Counted from the first letter of the stretch, positions 26,517 through 39,901 are shown. The stretch is DNA of 64,000 bases from Octopus vulgaris (GCA_951406725.2 OX597833.1:13702001-13766000); one strand, 5' to 3'. Notes: generated by a model from the sequence alone, not told the origin. Translations and numbers: made by a program.

Positions 26517-27807
26517 CCGTGTGTGTGAATGTGTGTATGTAGTGTAGATAAGATAGTAGAGTCAAGTCTTCAAGCAAGCACCCACGCGCACAGACATTTC
26601 CCTATAATTATATGCGCCGCGTGTCCCATTAGACTGTCAAGCTCGTAAGCATCTGAACAGAAGCTGTGTTGTTTAGATTCCGTCTTAATTTATTTATACA
26701 CCTCCACATCAATGCCAGGATTCTCGTTGTCAGATCAAATTATCAATATCTGTCAACTGAATCAATAAATGCTAAGTAATTATATTTATAAAACATCAAT
26801 ACATTTACAAGAAGGAGAACATGAAAACATTTCTCAGAGAAACAACAAACGGCCAGCGATTAAAACCTTTGGGAGCAAAAAAAAGGCTTCAAAAGAGAAA
26901 CGGAATAATATCTAGAATGGAGGAGATAAATTCGATTGTAAACATCAAAGTTGTTGCTTAATAAGAGGCGGAGCTATAGTATTGAATCAGCCAATGGGGT
27001 GTATCTGAGGTGTGGTTATTTGGGTTATTGACAGGTGAATAATAGCATTTGTTACATTTTGATGTTTTTAGTATGGGAGGGCGGATGATGAGTTCATTTT
27101 GTAATCAGGCAGTCCAGGTTCGATTCCTACTTTCAGGCACCTTTGGTAAATGTGTTTATCAGGTACACACACACACACACGCGCACGCACACACACACGC
27201 GCACGCACACACACACACACACGCGCACGCACACACACGCGCACGCACACACACGCGCACGCACACACACACGCGCACGCACACACACACGCGCACGCAC
27301 ACACACACGCGCACGCACACACACACAAATGTATATTCTTTCTTTCTTTGTTTTACTTGTTTCAGTCATTCGACTGTGGCCATGCTGGAGCACCGCCTTT
27401 AGTCGAATCAAATCGACCCCAGGACTTATCCTTTGAAAGCCTAGTACTTATTCTATCAGTCTCTTTTGCCGAACCGCTAAGTTACGGGGACCTAAACACA
27501 CCAGCATCGGTTGTCAAGCGATGTTGGGGGGGACAAACACAAACACACACATATACATATATGTATATATATACGATGGGCTTCTTTCAGTTTCCATCAA
27601 CCAAATCCACTCACAAGGCTTTGGTCAGCCTGAGGCAATAGTAGAAGACTGAACTCGGAACCATGTGGTTGGTAAGCATGCTACTTACCACACAGCCACT
27701 CCTGCGCCTCTACATATGTGTATAAGTATCATAATAGCATGAAACTATAAGTAGTTCTTTCGGTTGTGCGTTTAATTTAATTATAAATATATGTGTATGT
27801 ATATGTA

Positions 27808-27856
<49 letters not shown>

Positions 27857-27869
27857 AGAGAGAGATATT

Positions 27870-28858
27870 GGATCTTTTCCATTTGGCTGCCAGCATCAAT
27901 TTCTGTTCAAATTGATTTCATATGATACATTTTTATAGGTTAATGAATGCCATGGAAATCCTGTTCGCTATAAATCAATAAATAAATAGTTATTAGCTAT
28001 TAAAGTTTGAAAATTTCAGGTAATTTTAGTCAATCGTAAGCCACAGACACATTCATGCCAGCTTCCATAGTAACAAGCAGAACATGAGAACTCCTTTGCC
28101 TGCGAGAAAGCACGTATTGAGAAATATATTGAAACCACTTGTTGACAATGTGTTCTGCTGTCTTATCCACTGGAAATTTTACCCATCTGTTGACAATGGA
28201 GCATGTGAATTTATGTGGCGTAGAAGATATGAAAATTGTGATTTTTTCAAGAAATTATTTAAATGCATTTCTAAATTTCATTTTCAATGAACTAGCCAAC
28301 TGTTTTTTAAAAATATTTAATTTGTAATGTGATATTTTGTTTGTGGATAAATCTTTTAAGTTCGTGCGCCAATATTTTGAGAAATATTTCATTTGTAATG
28401 TGCTGTTTATCACATTAAATGCATACTCAATGCTTAAAATTACAAAAAGATGTGTTCTTGTTTCTTTTTGTTGTAGAGGTATGCTAAAAATAACAGCTAA
28501 ATAATGTTTTTGGATAATTCTTTTAAGTTCGTGTTATCGCATTAAATGCATATTGAATGCTTAAAACCACAAAAAGACGTGTTGTTTATTCGTTTTCCAC
28601 ATGTAGAATACAAACATTGACAACATGTGGTATTTTCAGGATGTTGACATAATGTGCAGTCATGCACAAAATGACAGCTTCCAAATCCTCTTTCCTGAGT
28701 GAGTGAAAAGGATCAACCTGTAAACCTCTATAACTTTTTTAAAAAATATTTTCTGGAATTCCAACAATTCAGCTTGGAAAATTACATTAATGTGCCAAAT
28801 TTTAAAATTTTCGTTAAACATTGAAATTTTTGAAATACTGGCAACCAAACAGAAAATA

Positions 28859-28861
<3 letters not shown>
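27870..28861. mobile_element. Older non-autonomous element with related GGATCTTTTCC termini
   Basis: Left end ggatcttttccatttggctgccag, degenerate right end ctggcaaccaaacagaaaatatct; TSD not clear. Confidence 0.55.
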
Positions 28862-28897
<36 letters not shown>

Positions 28898-29676
28898 ATG
28901 GGCTTCTTTCAGTTTTTGTCTATGAAATCCTCTCACAAGGCTTTCATCAGTCTGAAGCTATAGTTGCCCAAAATTCCACGCAGTAGGACTGAACCTGGAA
29001 CCACATGGATGGGAAGCAAGCTTTTACCACATAGTCACACCTGCGCCTATATGTATATATATGTATTGCGAGCAGATTCTTGATTCAATCTTTCCAAATG
29101 GGCACAGGCCTTAGAAGGTCTATAACTGACTTCGTCCACTGTATTAAATCTGGATAGTGTGCTATCAAATATTCATTTCTACTTTAGGCACAAGGCCCTA
29201 AATTTTGGGGTAGGGGGACAGTTGATTAGATCAATCCCAGTATGTAACTGGTACTTAATTTACTGGTGAGCTGGCAGAAACGTTAGCACACCAGGCCGTT
29301 ACGTTCTGAGTTTAAATTCCGCCGAGGTCGACTTTGCCTTTCATCCTTTCGGGGTCGATAAATTAAGTACCAGTTACGCACTGGGGTCGATGGAATTGAC
29401 TTAATCCCTTTGTCTGTCCTTTCTGTGTTTAGCCCCATTGTGGGTAGTAAAGAAATAGGTACTTAATTTATCGACCCCGAAAGGATGAAAGGCAAAGTCG
29501 TCTTTGGTGGAATTTGAACTCAGAACGTAGCGACGGGCGAAATACCGCTAAGCATTTCACCCGGCGTGCTAACGTTTCTGCCAGCTTGCCGCCTTATCAA
29601 ATATGGCAGACAAATACATCTACGACTTTTGACCGTTCGGTCAGACGCCGTAGGGCAGCAGTTCTCAACAAATACA

Positions 29677-29741
<65 letters not shown>

Positions 29742-29773
29742 CAGAGAGACGGAAAGGAAGAAATGATACTTAC

Positions 29774-29902
29774 TAGAATGTTCCATAAAAAATATGTACG
29801 ACCAGTACGATATTGTGATTACAATTGCTGTGTTGGCAGCGAGGTTGTAGAGGAGCCACAGCACCTTCAGCGGGATGGGCATACTTTGGAAATAGTGGGC
29901 GT
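29774..29902 (-). CDS. rost: Internal coding exon (129 nt, phase 1-1) of the rolling stone-like gene
   Basis: Translates to (D)AHYFQSMPIPLKVLWLLYNLAANTAIVITISYWSYIFFMEHS, matching the rost motif LK..W.LYN......I.T..YW. Acceptor tttatgtattccag, donor gtaagt; splices in frame to the 22396 exon. Confidence 0.88.
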
Positions 29903-30916
29903 CTGGAATACATAAACAAAAACACAAAGGTTTAGAGGACAAAAAAATATGAACAACAACAACATCAACAGCATACATGAATACATAAACTAGTACACAT
30001 ACTTGCAGGTAGGTGGCACCAGTGGATAAGTTGCAGCAGCAGTTTGGGGTTTTTCTAAGTAGGTACTTGCGGTTGACTTGTAGATAGGTCACACTATAAT
30101 CTTGGGAGTTACATGGCCCCTTTTTTTTTGAACATAAATGGATCTGGTATTTGTTAAAATCACAATCAAATTCAAATTCGCTGACGTGGCCGATAACAGC
30201 ACCACCTGACTGGCACCCGTGCCAGTGGAACGTAAAATGCACCATCTGAGCATGTTCGTTGCCAGGGCTGCTGACTGGTTCCCGTGCCGGTGGCATGCAA
30301 AAAGCACCATTCGAGTGTGATTGTTACCATTGTTGCCTTACTGGCACTTGTGCCGGTGGCATGTGAAAACCAGCATTTGAGTGAGGTCATTGCCAGTGCC
30401 GCTGGACTGGCTCCTGTGCAGGTGGCACATAAAAAACACCATTTGAACGTGGCCGTTGCCAGTACCGCCTGACTCGCCCTCGTGCCAGTGGCATGTAAAT
30501 GCACCCACTACACTCTTGGAGTGGTTGGCGCTAGGAAAGGCATCCAGATGCAGAAAGTCTGGCAGATCAGATTGGAGCCTGGTGCTGCCTTCTGTCTCAC
30601 CAGCCCTCAGTCAAATCGTACAACCCATGCTAGCATGGAAAGCGGATGATAATGCTGATGATGATGATATATATGTCCGACTTGTTTGAGTGCAAGTTTG
30701 AGAGAGCCCTTGGGCCTTCTTAATGAGGAAATGATAAAATTTCAAATGTCGGTGCCAAAGTCATATGAAACCAAATACACAGAAAAGTGGTCAGTGTTAA
30801 GAAGGACGTCCAAGCCCTACCAGCAGTGATAGAGGGTGTAAAAATGATGATGATGTATAAATACTTTTTATACATGTTGCATACAGCAACACAACACACA
30901 TACAGATATGCATAAA

Positions 30917-30969
<53 letters not shown>

Positions 30970-31482
30970 AACCATGCAAAAGATACCAGGTGAATAACGA
31001 ACAATATATTTAGTCTGATAATGTTTACACACTCATGCATGTGTGTGTATGTGTATCTTGGATCGTGGGATGACCTGCTGTGCTTGAGGAGACCTATTGA
31101 GTCAAGTACATCAACATCAAAATAAAAATCAAATGGAATTGTGGTTGTAATAACTGTGCCGGTGGCACGTAAAATACACCATCCGAACGTGGCCGAGGCC
31201 AGCGCTGCCTTGGCTGGCTTCTGTGCTGGTGGCACGTAAAAAGCACCAACTGATCGTGGCCGTAACCAGCCTCCCCTGGCACCTGTGCCAGTGGCATGTA
31301 AAAAGCACCCACTACACACATGGAGTGGTTGGTGTTAGAAAGGGCATCCAGCTGTAGAAACTCTGCCAGATCAGACTGGAGCCTGGTGCAGCCTCCTGGC
31401 TTCTGGCTTCCCAGATCCTGGTCGAACTGTCCAACCCATGCTAGCATGGAAAACGGACGTTAAACGATGATGATGATAATGA

Positions 31483-31524
<42 letters not shown>

Positions 31525-31836
31525 ATATAAAGAGGATAAGAGCATTATTTAGAATAATGATCATATCAAGTGGCCAGCATGGAAAACAACCTTATAGGTA
31601 ATAATTATCATATATATATGATAATATAATTATAATTAAGGGTACCACCATGCCAGAAATAGTAGTCGAAACCTGACTCTAAATCCACATCATGTATCCA
31701 TACAGAACAGTTGAAAAGATATGAATGCATGATGCGATTTTAAAGTCAGGTTTTGACTGCTATTTCTGGCATGGTGGTACCTCTTTGGTACCCTTAATTA
31801 TAAATACACACACACACACACATATATATATAAAGT

Positions 31837-32183
31837 CAGGGTTCTCAACCATTTTTTATCTTTGGACCCCTTTGATTACTATTTTCCCTGGTGGACCCCT
31901 ATAACCATTCGATGTCTAAAAACTAGTTTTATAGAAACTTCTTTCAAAATTCCTCTTTTGTTTTCCACACATTCACTTGTGTAGGTTGAACAATGGAAAA
32001 TGTTAGAGAAAGAAACCCAGCTGTTTCTTGCCATAAACATCAATACATACACCTAAAGTAAGACCTTTTCAGGAGCCCCTAAAATACCATTGTGGATCTC
32101 CAATTAACTATTTTGTAGTGTGGGCCCCAAAATATCTTATATGAAGCCTCAGAGGCCATATGAACCTCAGTTGAGAACCATTG
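31837..32183. mobile_element. hAT (Charlie-type) MITE
   Basis: Termini cagggttctcaacc...gttgagaaccattg with subterminal ggaccc/gggccc motifs; TSD not evident. Confidence 0.6.
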
Positions 32184-32247
32184 GCGTAAAATGAAGTTGA
32201 TGTATAAATATATTTTATATACGTTGTATACAACAACAGAAAATATA

Positions 32248-32319
<72 letters not shown>

Positions 32320-32324
32320 CAGAG

Positions 32325-32376
<52 letters not shown>

Positions 32377-32378
32377 CA

Positions 32379-32438
<60 letters not shown>

Positions 32439-32477
32439 CATATATATATATATATATATATAGCAATATATATAGCA

Positions 32478-32527
<50 letters not shown>

Positions 32528-35500
32528 CTAACCATGTGAAATATAGTACGTGAATAATGTCCAATATATTTACTCTGATAATGTATACACAAGCAATAAC
32601 AACAAAGATAATGAGGAAGAGGTGGAAAAGGAGAAGAAGAGGAGTGGGAAGAGAAGGTAGGAAGTATGAATAGCTGAGATTGCTGAGGAGAGAGAGAGGT
32701 GGGGGAGAACGAATGTGTTGGGACAAATAACAGAAGAGCAGAGTGACAGGATACTAGTGGCTGGTAAGTAACAAGGAGACAGTGACAGCTACATCTGGCT
32801 TGTTGGTAATGACATTTAATAGAAAGAAACAACACAAGACTGACAGGATAGTAATAAAGATGGGTGATCATAAGACAGAGCTAGAAATGAAATAGGAATA
32901 GATATGGGGGATGGATGGTGAATGTGAGTGGTAGAAGGAAATCAAGAGTGACACAGGGGAGAGTGAGTGATAGTGGTCAGTAAAGAAGGGGGATGGTTGA
33001 GGTTCTAATCATGGGGCGGATCTCAATATACAATGATTTTCAGTGTTCTTTAATTCCATTACTTCTTTCAGTCATTTGATTGTGGCCCAGCTGGAGCACT
33101 GCCGTGGAGCATTTTTGGGAAACAATTCGACTCCACCTGGCACAGAGGCACACTCCTCACTTTGTGATTCCCATGTTTTGCAGGCACTTAGTCACAGGGA
33201 TATTTTCCCTTTCTAGATATTTTGTGCCACCTCTAGTGCTGGTGGCACACACAACCCTCCCCAGACTTGTACTTTGGAGTGAACTTTCTAGGTGTAATAC
33301 CATGGTCATTCATGACAGAAGAGGGGGGAGGTCTTTACCCAATACGCACACATAAAGAAAAGCTCCCAATTCATACTGTAAAGTGGTAGGCGTATGGAAG
33401 AGCATCCAGCCATAGAAACTGTACTGAAGCTTGCAGTGGAGCTCTGTAACTTGCCAGATCCTGTCAAATCCATCCAATCCATACCAGCATGGAAAATGCA
33501 TGTTAAATGATGATGATGATGATGATGATGGTGGTGGTGTTGATGGTGATGATGATGATGGAGAAGTTGGTGGTGATAGTGATGAAGTTAGTGGTGGTGA
33601 TGACGATGATGATGATGATGACGAAGATGATATTTGGGGTATTGTATGATTTGTCGAAAACAAATCTTTCATAATTGTTATTAATTACGAGTAATTATTA
33701 TGATTGCTATTAATTATTATAATTATTACTTAAGGAATTGTAAACGTTATGTTAAACAGATTGATTTAGGACACAATTATTTCATCATCATCATCATTGT
33801 CATCACCACCACTAACTTCATCACCATCACCACCAACTTCACCATCATCATCACCATCATCACCACCAACACCATGTTGATGGAAGAGAAGCAGATTGAT
33901 AAAAGAAATAAGATGGAAGAGAGGGTGCGATGGTGGTGGTGGTGGTGGTGGTAAGAGCTTGAGTGATGGAATGGACTGAGTAAAGATTGAACAAATCCTG
34001 TCCTTTGTGGCACAGACTGAGGTACAGTGAGTAGGGGGACATGAAAGAAAAGGGTCAGATATGGAGATGACTAGGACCTAATGTGACCCCCATCACCACA
34101 CCCATTATTTTTTCTTTTTTTTTCTACAATAGGCATGAGGGATGAAATTTCAGGGGAGTGGGGCAAGGGGGGTCTAGTGAAGTAGTACATTGACCCTAGT
34201 GCCCAACAGATACTTATTTTATCAAAATAAGTACCTGTTGAAAGGGTGAAAGGCAAAGTTGACCTCGGTGGAGTTTGAACTCAGATCGTAAAGAGCTGGA
34301 AGAAATACCCATTTCTTCACTACCCACAAGGGGCTAAACACAGAGAGGATAAACAAGGACAGACAAAGGGATTAAATCGATTACATCAACCCCAGTGCGT
34401 AACTGGTACTTAATTTATCAACCCCGAAAAGATGAAAGGCAAAGTGGACCTCGGCGGAATTTGAACTCAGAATGTGGCGGCAGACGAAATACTTGCTTCT
34501 TTATTACCCACAAGGGGCTAAACACAGAGAGGATAAACAAGGACAGACAAAGGAATTAAGTCGATTACATCGACCCCAGTACGTAACTGGTACTTCATTT
34601 ATCGACCCCGAAAGGATGAAAGGCAAAGTCGACCTCGGCGGAATTTGAACTCAGAACGTAGAGCAGACGAAATACAGCTATGCATCTCGCCCAGCGTGCT
34701 AACGTTTCTGCCAGCTCGCCACCAAGCAGTGCATCCAATGTGCTAACAATCCTGCAAGCTCGCTGCCTAACCATCATAACAATCATTTTGCAATGCTTGC
34801 ACGAGTGGATGAGTCTTCTCCTGCATCCGGAGTCATCACTCATCATAGTTCTTTGTCATCTCTTTTGCAAGGTTCCCTTTCTTGAGGGTCTGTCTTTACC
34901 ATTCTGTTCCGAGTCATTGGTGCCAAGCTGTATCAGCCTTTGCCTTTCCTTTGGTTATCATCGGTGGCGTGGAGAGGGGGAGGCCGGTATGAACCTGGAA
35001 CCATGTGGTTGGGAAGCAAGCTTCTTACCACACAGCCAATCCTGCGCCTATATATATATATTCTTTTCTTTTACTTTAGACATCTGACAGTGGCCATGCT
35101 GGAGCATTGCCTTGGAGGGTTTTAATTGAACAAATTGACCTCAAGACTTAGTTTTTTAAAGCCTAGATCTTATTGGTTTCTTTTGACAAACTGTTAAGTT
35201 ATAAGGATGTAAACACACCAACACTGGTTGTTAAGCAGTGGTAGTGGTGGTTGAACAAAACCAGAGCCAAAAACAAACACACACACACACACACACACAA
35301 ATATATACATATATATATACACACACACATATATGATGGGCTTCTTTCAGTTTCCATCTACCAAATTCACTTACAAGGCTTTGGTTGGTCTGAGGCTACA
35401 GTAGAAGACACTTGCCAAAGGTAGCATGCAGTGGGACCGAACCCAGAACCATGTGGCTAGGAAGCAATCTTCTTAATTCTTTACTGCCCACAAGGAGCCA

Positions 35501-37869
35501 CACACAGGCGGAATTTGAACTCAGAACGTAACAGCTGACAAAATACCTATTTCTTTACTACCCACAAGGGGCTAAACACAGAGGGGACAAACAAGGACAG
35601 ACAAAGGGATTAAGTCGATTGCATCGACCCCAGTGCATAACTGGTACTTGTTTAATTGACCCTGAAAGAATGAAAGGCAAAGTCGACCTCGGCAGAATTT
35701 GAACTCAGAACGTAACGAAAGACGAAATACTGCTAAGCATTTCGCCCAGCGTGCTAACGTTTCTGCCAGCTTGCCGCCAAGCAATCTTCTTACCACACAG
35801 CCACCCCTGCAACTATATATATATACATATGTGTATATATATATATTACACACACACACACATAAAACCAGTTGCGATTGATATAGCCTGAAATCAATCA
35901 AATAAAACAGACCAAATGTCTGCCCCTCCCCTTAGAAACCTCTTAATGGTCTTATACCAATGATATCATCATCATCATCATCACCACCACCACCCTCCTC
36001 TTCCTCACCACCTTCATCATCATTATCATCATCATCAACAACAACAACATGTCAATATAATACATTATTATTAATTATTGCTAATTCAGTTAACGAAGAA
36101 GACAGTGAAGTATCACCACTTTAATTTGCAAAGAAGGACATTAAGAAGAACATCCAGCAGTAAAAAACACAGAAGTTTTCAATTAACCATGCAAATAAAA
36201 CAAATATTTGCATATCCATCAAACCCATGCTAGAATAGAGAATAACATCGATGACAGCAATAAGAAAAAGAAAATATAAAAAAACAGAAAATAAAATAGT
36301 AAAATGATTTCCCCACCAGGGGGGAGAGGCCAGATCGGATCAGTTTGAGCATAAAACAGGATCAGATATTTGGACTGGAAAGGGCTCCTTTAAATGTTAA
36401 AGGGTTAAATCATAACCTGCCATAGCATCAAGATTGCAATGATGTAATTGTTTAGTTTTAGAATGACATTGTAGGGTAGGTGTGAAAGGCCGAATCTGGC
36501 TGGTTTGAACATAAAACATAGAATATTTGGGCTGGATATGGGCTGGAAATGAGGCTCCATCTTCAAAGGGTTAAGGGAGATGTAACTGTTGACCCAAGTA
36601 AAACAATCGTCAGGGGAAATCTAATTATGGTTGCTTCTGATAGGTACCTAACCCTCCTAGGAATAATGGAGAAAATGGATAGAAAGTATTACAGGTAAGG
36701 TGATTTGGTCTCTAATTACTATTTCCATCATTTTATTTTACCTGCTTTATTTTTCATTTATTTTAAACTGGCTTTGTCTGGGGAAATAAGTTGTGCTGTA
36801 GCTTGGGCTTTCAAAGGTGTTTGAGATTGATGAGAGAGAGAACAACCAGACTGTCCCCCCATGAGCAAGAAACATAAGAATTATAAGAAGCTTGTTGAAA
36901 TTTTAGAAGATACAAATCACAAAGAGACTGGAAGCAGAGACATGGAGAGAAAAAATAAGGAAGCTACCAATCTGGTTAGGTGTGGGGTGGACAGGTGGTG
37001 CAACGCCTGTGGTTTTCACAAGCCCTTTGAGATGGATGAGAGAGAATGGACCAGTCTGTATCTCAGGATGAAACATAACATAAGAAACTTGTTTGAATTT
37101 TGGAAGCAGAAAACCCCAAAGATATTAAAAGCAGCCCGTCATGTAACTAGCACCCATGCCAGTGGACATGAAAGGCACCTTTTGAGTGTTGGGCCCCACA
37201 GAGGCAATGATGAATGACTGAGACCCTTGAAAATGTGCTGTGCTTGAGAAAAAGACCGATCAAGCCAAGTGAAATTGTAGTCGTGACAAATACTTATTTC
37301 TTTACTACCCACAAGGGGCTACACACAGAGGGGACAAACAAGGACAGACAAACGGATTAAGTCGATTACATTGACCCCAGTGCATAACTGGTACTTATTT
37401 AATCGATCCCGAAAGGATGAAAGGCAAAGTCGACCTTGGCGGAATTTGAACTCAGAAAGTGGCGCCAAGGTCAACTTAGCCTTTCATCCTTTCGGGGTCG
37501 ATTAAATAAGTACCAGTTATGCACTGGGGTCGATATAATCGACTTAATCCGTTTGTCTGTCCTTGTTTGTCCTCTCTGTGTTTAGCCCCTTCTGGGTAGT
37601 AAAGAAATAGGTATTTATGACAAATACTGGTGTCACACAACTGGCACCCATGCTGGTGGCACGCAAAAGTACTAACTGTATTCTCAGAGTGGTTGGCGTT
37701 AGGAAGGGCATCCAACCAGAGAAACCATGCCAAATCAGACTGGAGTCTGGTACAGCTCCTCAACTTACCAGCCCCAGTCAAACTGTCCAACCCATGCCAG
37801 CATGAACAACGGGCATTAAATGATGATGATGATGAGGTTAACCAAATTGATTTGGTCTGGAATAACATG

Positions 37870-38611
37870 GGATCTTTTCGCTTTGACCGGCAGATTTTTA
37901 ACATAATTTCTAGGTAACTAAAAAATGTTAAACTTCGTATACTGGTAGAATGTGGTTATAAAACATCTTTTTCTCTTGGCTTTCTTGAGAAAATTCTGTA
38001 GTTTGTAAGATATTTGTTGTTTAATTTCTTGCATTTTGGCAATTTCAACCAATCAATGACGTCTATCGAGGTGAATTCAATTTCTGCCGTAACATTTTCT
38101 AGCGGCGTCATATGAAAATGTCCCTGTTACATATTATATATTCATTTAAGAAACAGATTGGGTTTATTTACATTTCTGAAGAAAAAAAAGATACCCTTAC
38201 CCCTAACCCTAAAACAGATTGAAATGCGATAGATCGATACTAGGGTCATAATTATGGGTGGACACTAAAGAGGGAACAGTTTTGTTATCCAGCTCTGTTT
38301 ACGAGTGACCCTCATTTTATGGTCATAGGGTATCTTTTTTCACATAAATAACAGGGACATTTTCATATGACACCGCCAGAAAATGTTTACAGCAGAAGTT
38401 GAATTCACCTCAATAGACGTCATTGATTGGTTGAAATTGCCAAAATGCAAAAAATTAAACAACATATAGCTTACAAACTACAGAATTTTCTCAAGAACGC
38501 CAAGAGAAAAAGATGTTTTATGTAACACATTCTACCAGTATACGAAGTTTAAAAGTGTTTAGTTACATGGAAATTATTTTTAAAATCTGCCGTTTCAAAG
38601 CGAAAAGATCC
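37870..38611. mobile_element. Long-TIR MITE, Merlin-like
   Basis: Termini GGATCTTTTCGC...GCGAAAAGATCC, arms of about 260 bp, 8-bp TSD ataacatg/ataatatg (one mismatch), central cccttacccctaaccctaa. Confidence 0.8.
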
Positions 38612-38874
38612 ATAATATGTACTGTGTCTATGATTTTTTTAATAAGTTCTTTCTGAAATCAGTGAGAGATAAATGACCAGTCTGCCCCCTGGCATGAAAC
38701 AAAAATAAGAAGCTTGTTCGAATTTTGATAGAAGCAAACCACAAAGATATTGAAAGCAGCATACGACATCAAGTGAAAAAAGAAAATATATATAAGATAT
38801 AATATACCAAATTGATTTTGGTCTGGAATAATGCTGTGCTGTGCTTACGAGTCTTATAAGATCTTTTTGGAATC

Positions 38875-38917
<43 letters not shown>

Positions 38918-39050
38918 CCAGTTTGTCCTTCGGTATGAAACATAAAAATGATAAGAAGCTCATTCCAGTTTCTACAGAAGCAGACTACGAAGACATTGAA
39001 AGCAGCATACGATGACGACATTGAGTGAGAAAATATGGAAGCCACCTTAC

Positions 39051-39080
39051 CGATATTTTGTTTATTGTATCTGTACTTAC
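39051..39080 (-). CDS. rost: Probable 30-nt microexon of the rost-like gene (xKYRYNKQNI-D)
   Basis: Branch-point-like attaac, long polypyrimidine tract ending cttcttccag, 30 nt open in phase 1-1, donor G|gtaagg. The final G plus AC of the next exon gives GAC (Asp). Falls where rost proteins have a variable loop before the LK..W.LYN helix. Confidence 0.62.
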
Positions 39081-39442
39081 CTGGAAGAAGAGAAATAGAC
39101 AGACAAAAGGTTAATATCAGACAATCAGAGACATCAACAATGGACACACCGAGGGAGACTCAACGACACAGGGAACACCTAGAGCAGATTTTTGGATATT
39201 TTTTTTTTTCCTCTTTTATATTCTTTTATTTGTTTTAGTCATCTGACTGCAGTCATGCTGGAGCATCACCTTAATGGGGTTTTTTTTTTTTAGTTGGTTG
39301 CAGGAATCGACCCCAGGACTTTATTCAAAGACTAGACGACCTAGCTGTCTTACAAGAAATCAGTAAAAATTATTGACTGGTCGCACACTTCAGCGACCAG
39401 GCTGGAACAAAGTGAGTACCATGAGGCTGTGGTGTGAGTATA

Positions 39443-39491
<49 letters not shown>

Positions 39492-39578
39492 AGAAAGTTT
39501 ACGTAAATAAACAAAAGATGAAGGCAGGTGGAGTACAAACAAACAAATGTATTAGTATAGCACTCAGGAATAGAAAAA

Positions 39579-39617
39579 GTCTTTTACGTTTCGAGCCTAC
39601 GCTCTTCGACAGAAAGA
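39579..39617 (-). ncRNA. Variant-core minimal hammerhead-like motif in a Penelope-like remnant
   Basis: TCTTT-CTGTCGA-A-GAGC-GTAG-GCTC-GAAA-CG-TA-AAAGA. Stems I and II are perfect; the core is CUGUCGA instead of CUGANGA. Confidence 0.6.
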
Positions 39618-39855
39618 TACACAGAAAAGAGAAACAAGGAGAGAAAAAAAGGAGAGAAAAAAAAAATATATATATATTCTTCTTTTACTTTTTCTAGTCA
39701 TTTCATTGCGGCCATTATTGATGATAATAGCGATGAGGATGAACATGATGATGCTGATGATGATGACGGCAACAATGATGATAATACAGTTCTATATTTA
39801 AGAGATGAGGAATTATGTACATTATTTACATTTGACGGATGTTTGTCCTCATCTT

Positions 39856-39901
39856 AACACAACATTTCGGCTGATATACCCTCCAGCCTTCATCAGGTGT
39901 C
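39856..39901 (-). ncRNA. Minimal type-I hammerhead ribozyme motif (CpG-decayed stem III)
   Basis: Reverse complement reads GACAC-CTGATGA-A-GGCTG-GAGGGTATAT-CAGCC-GAAA-TG-TT-GTGTT. Confidence 0.72.
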
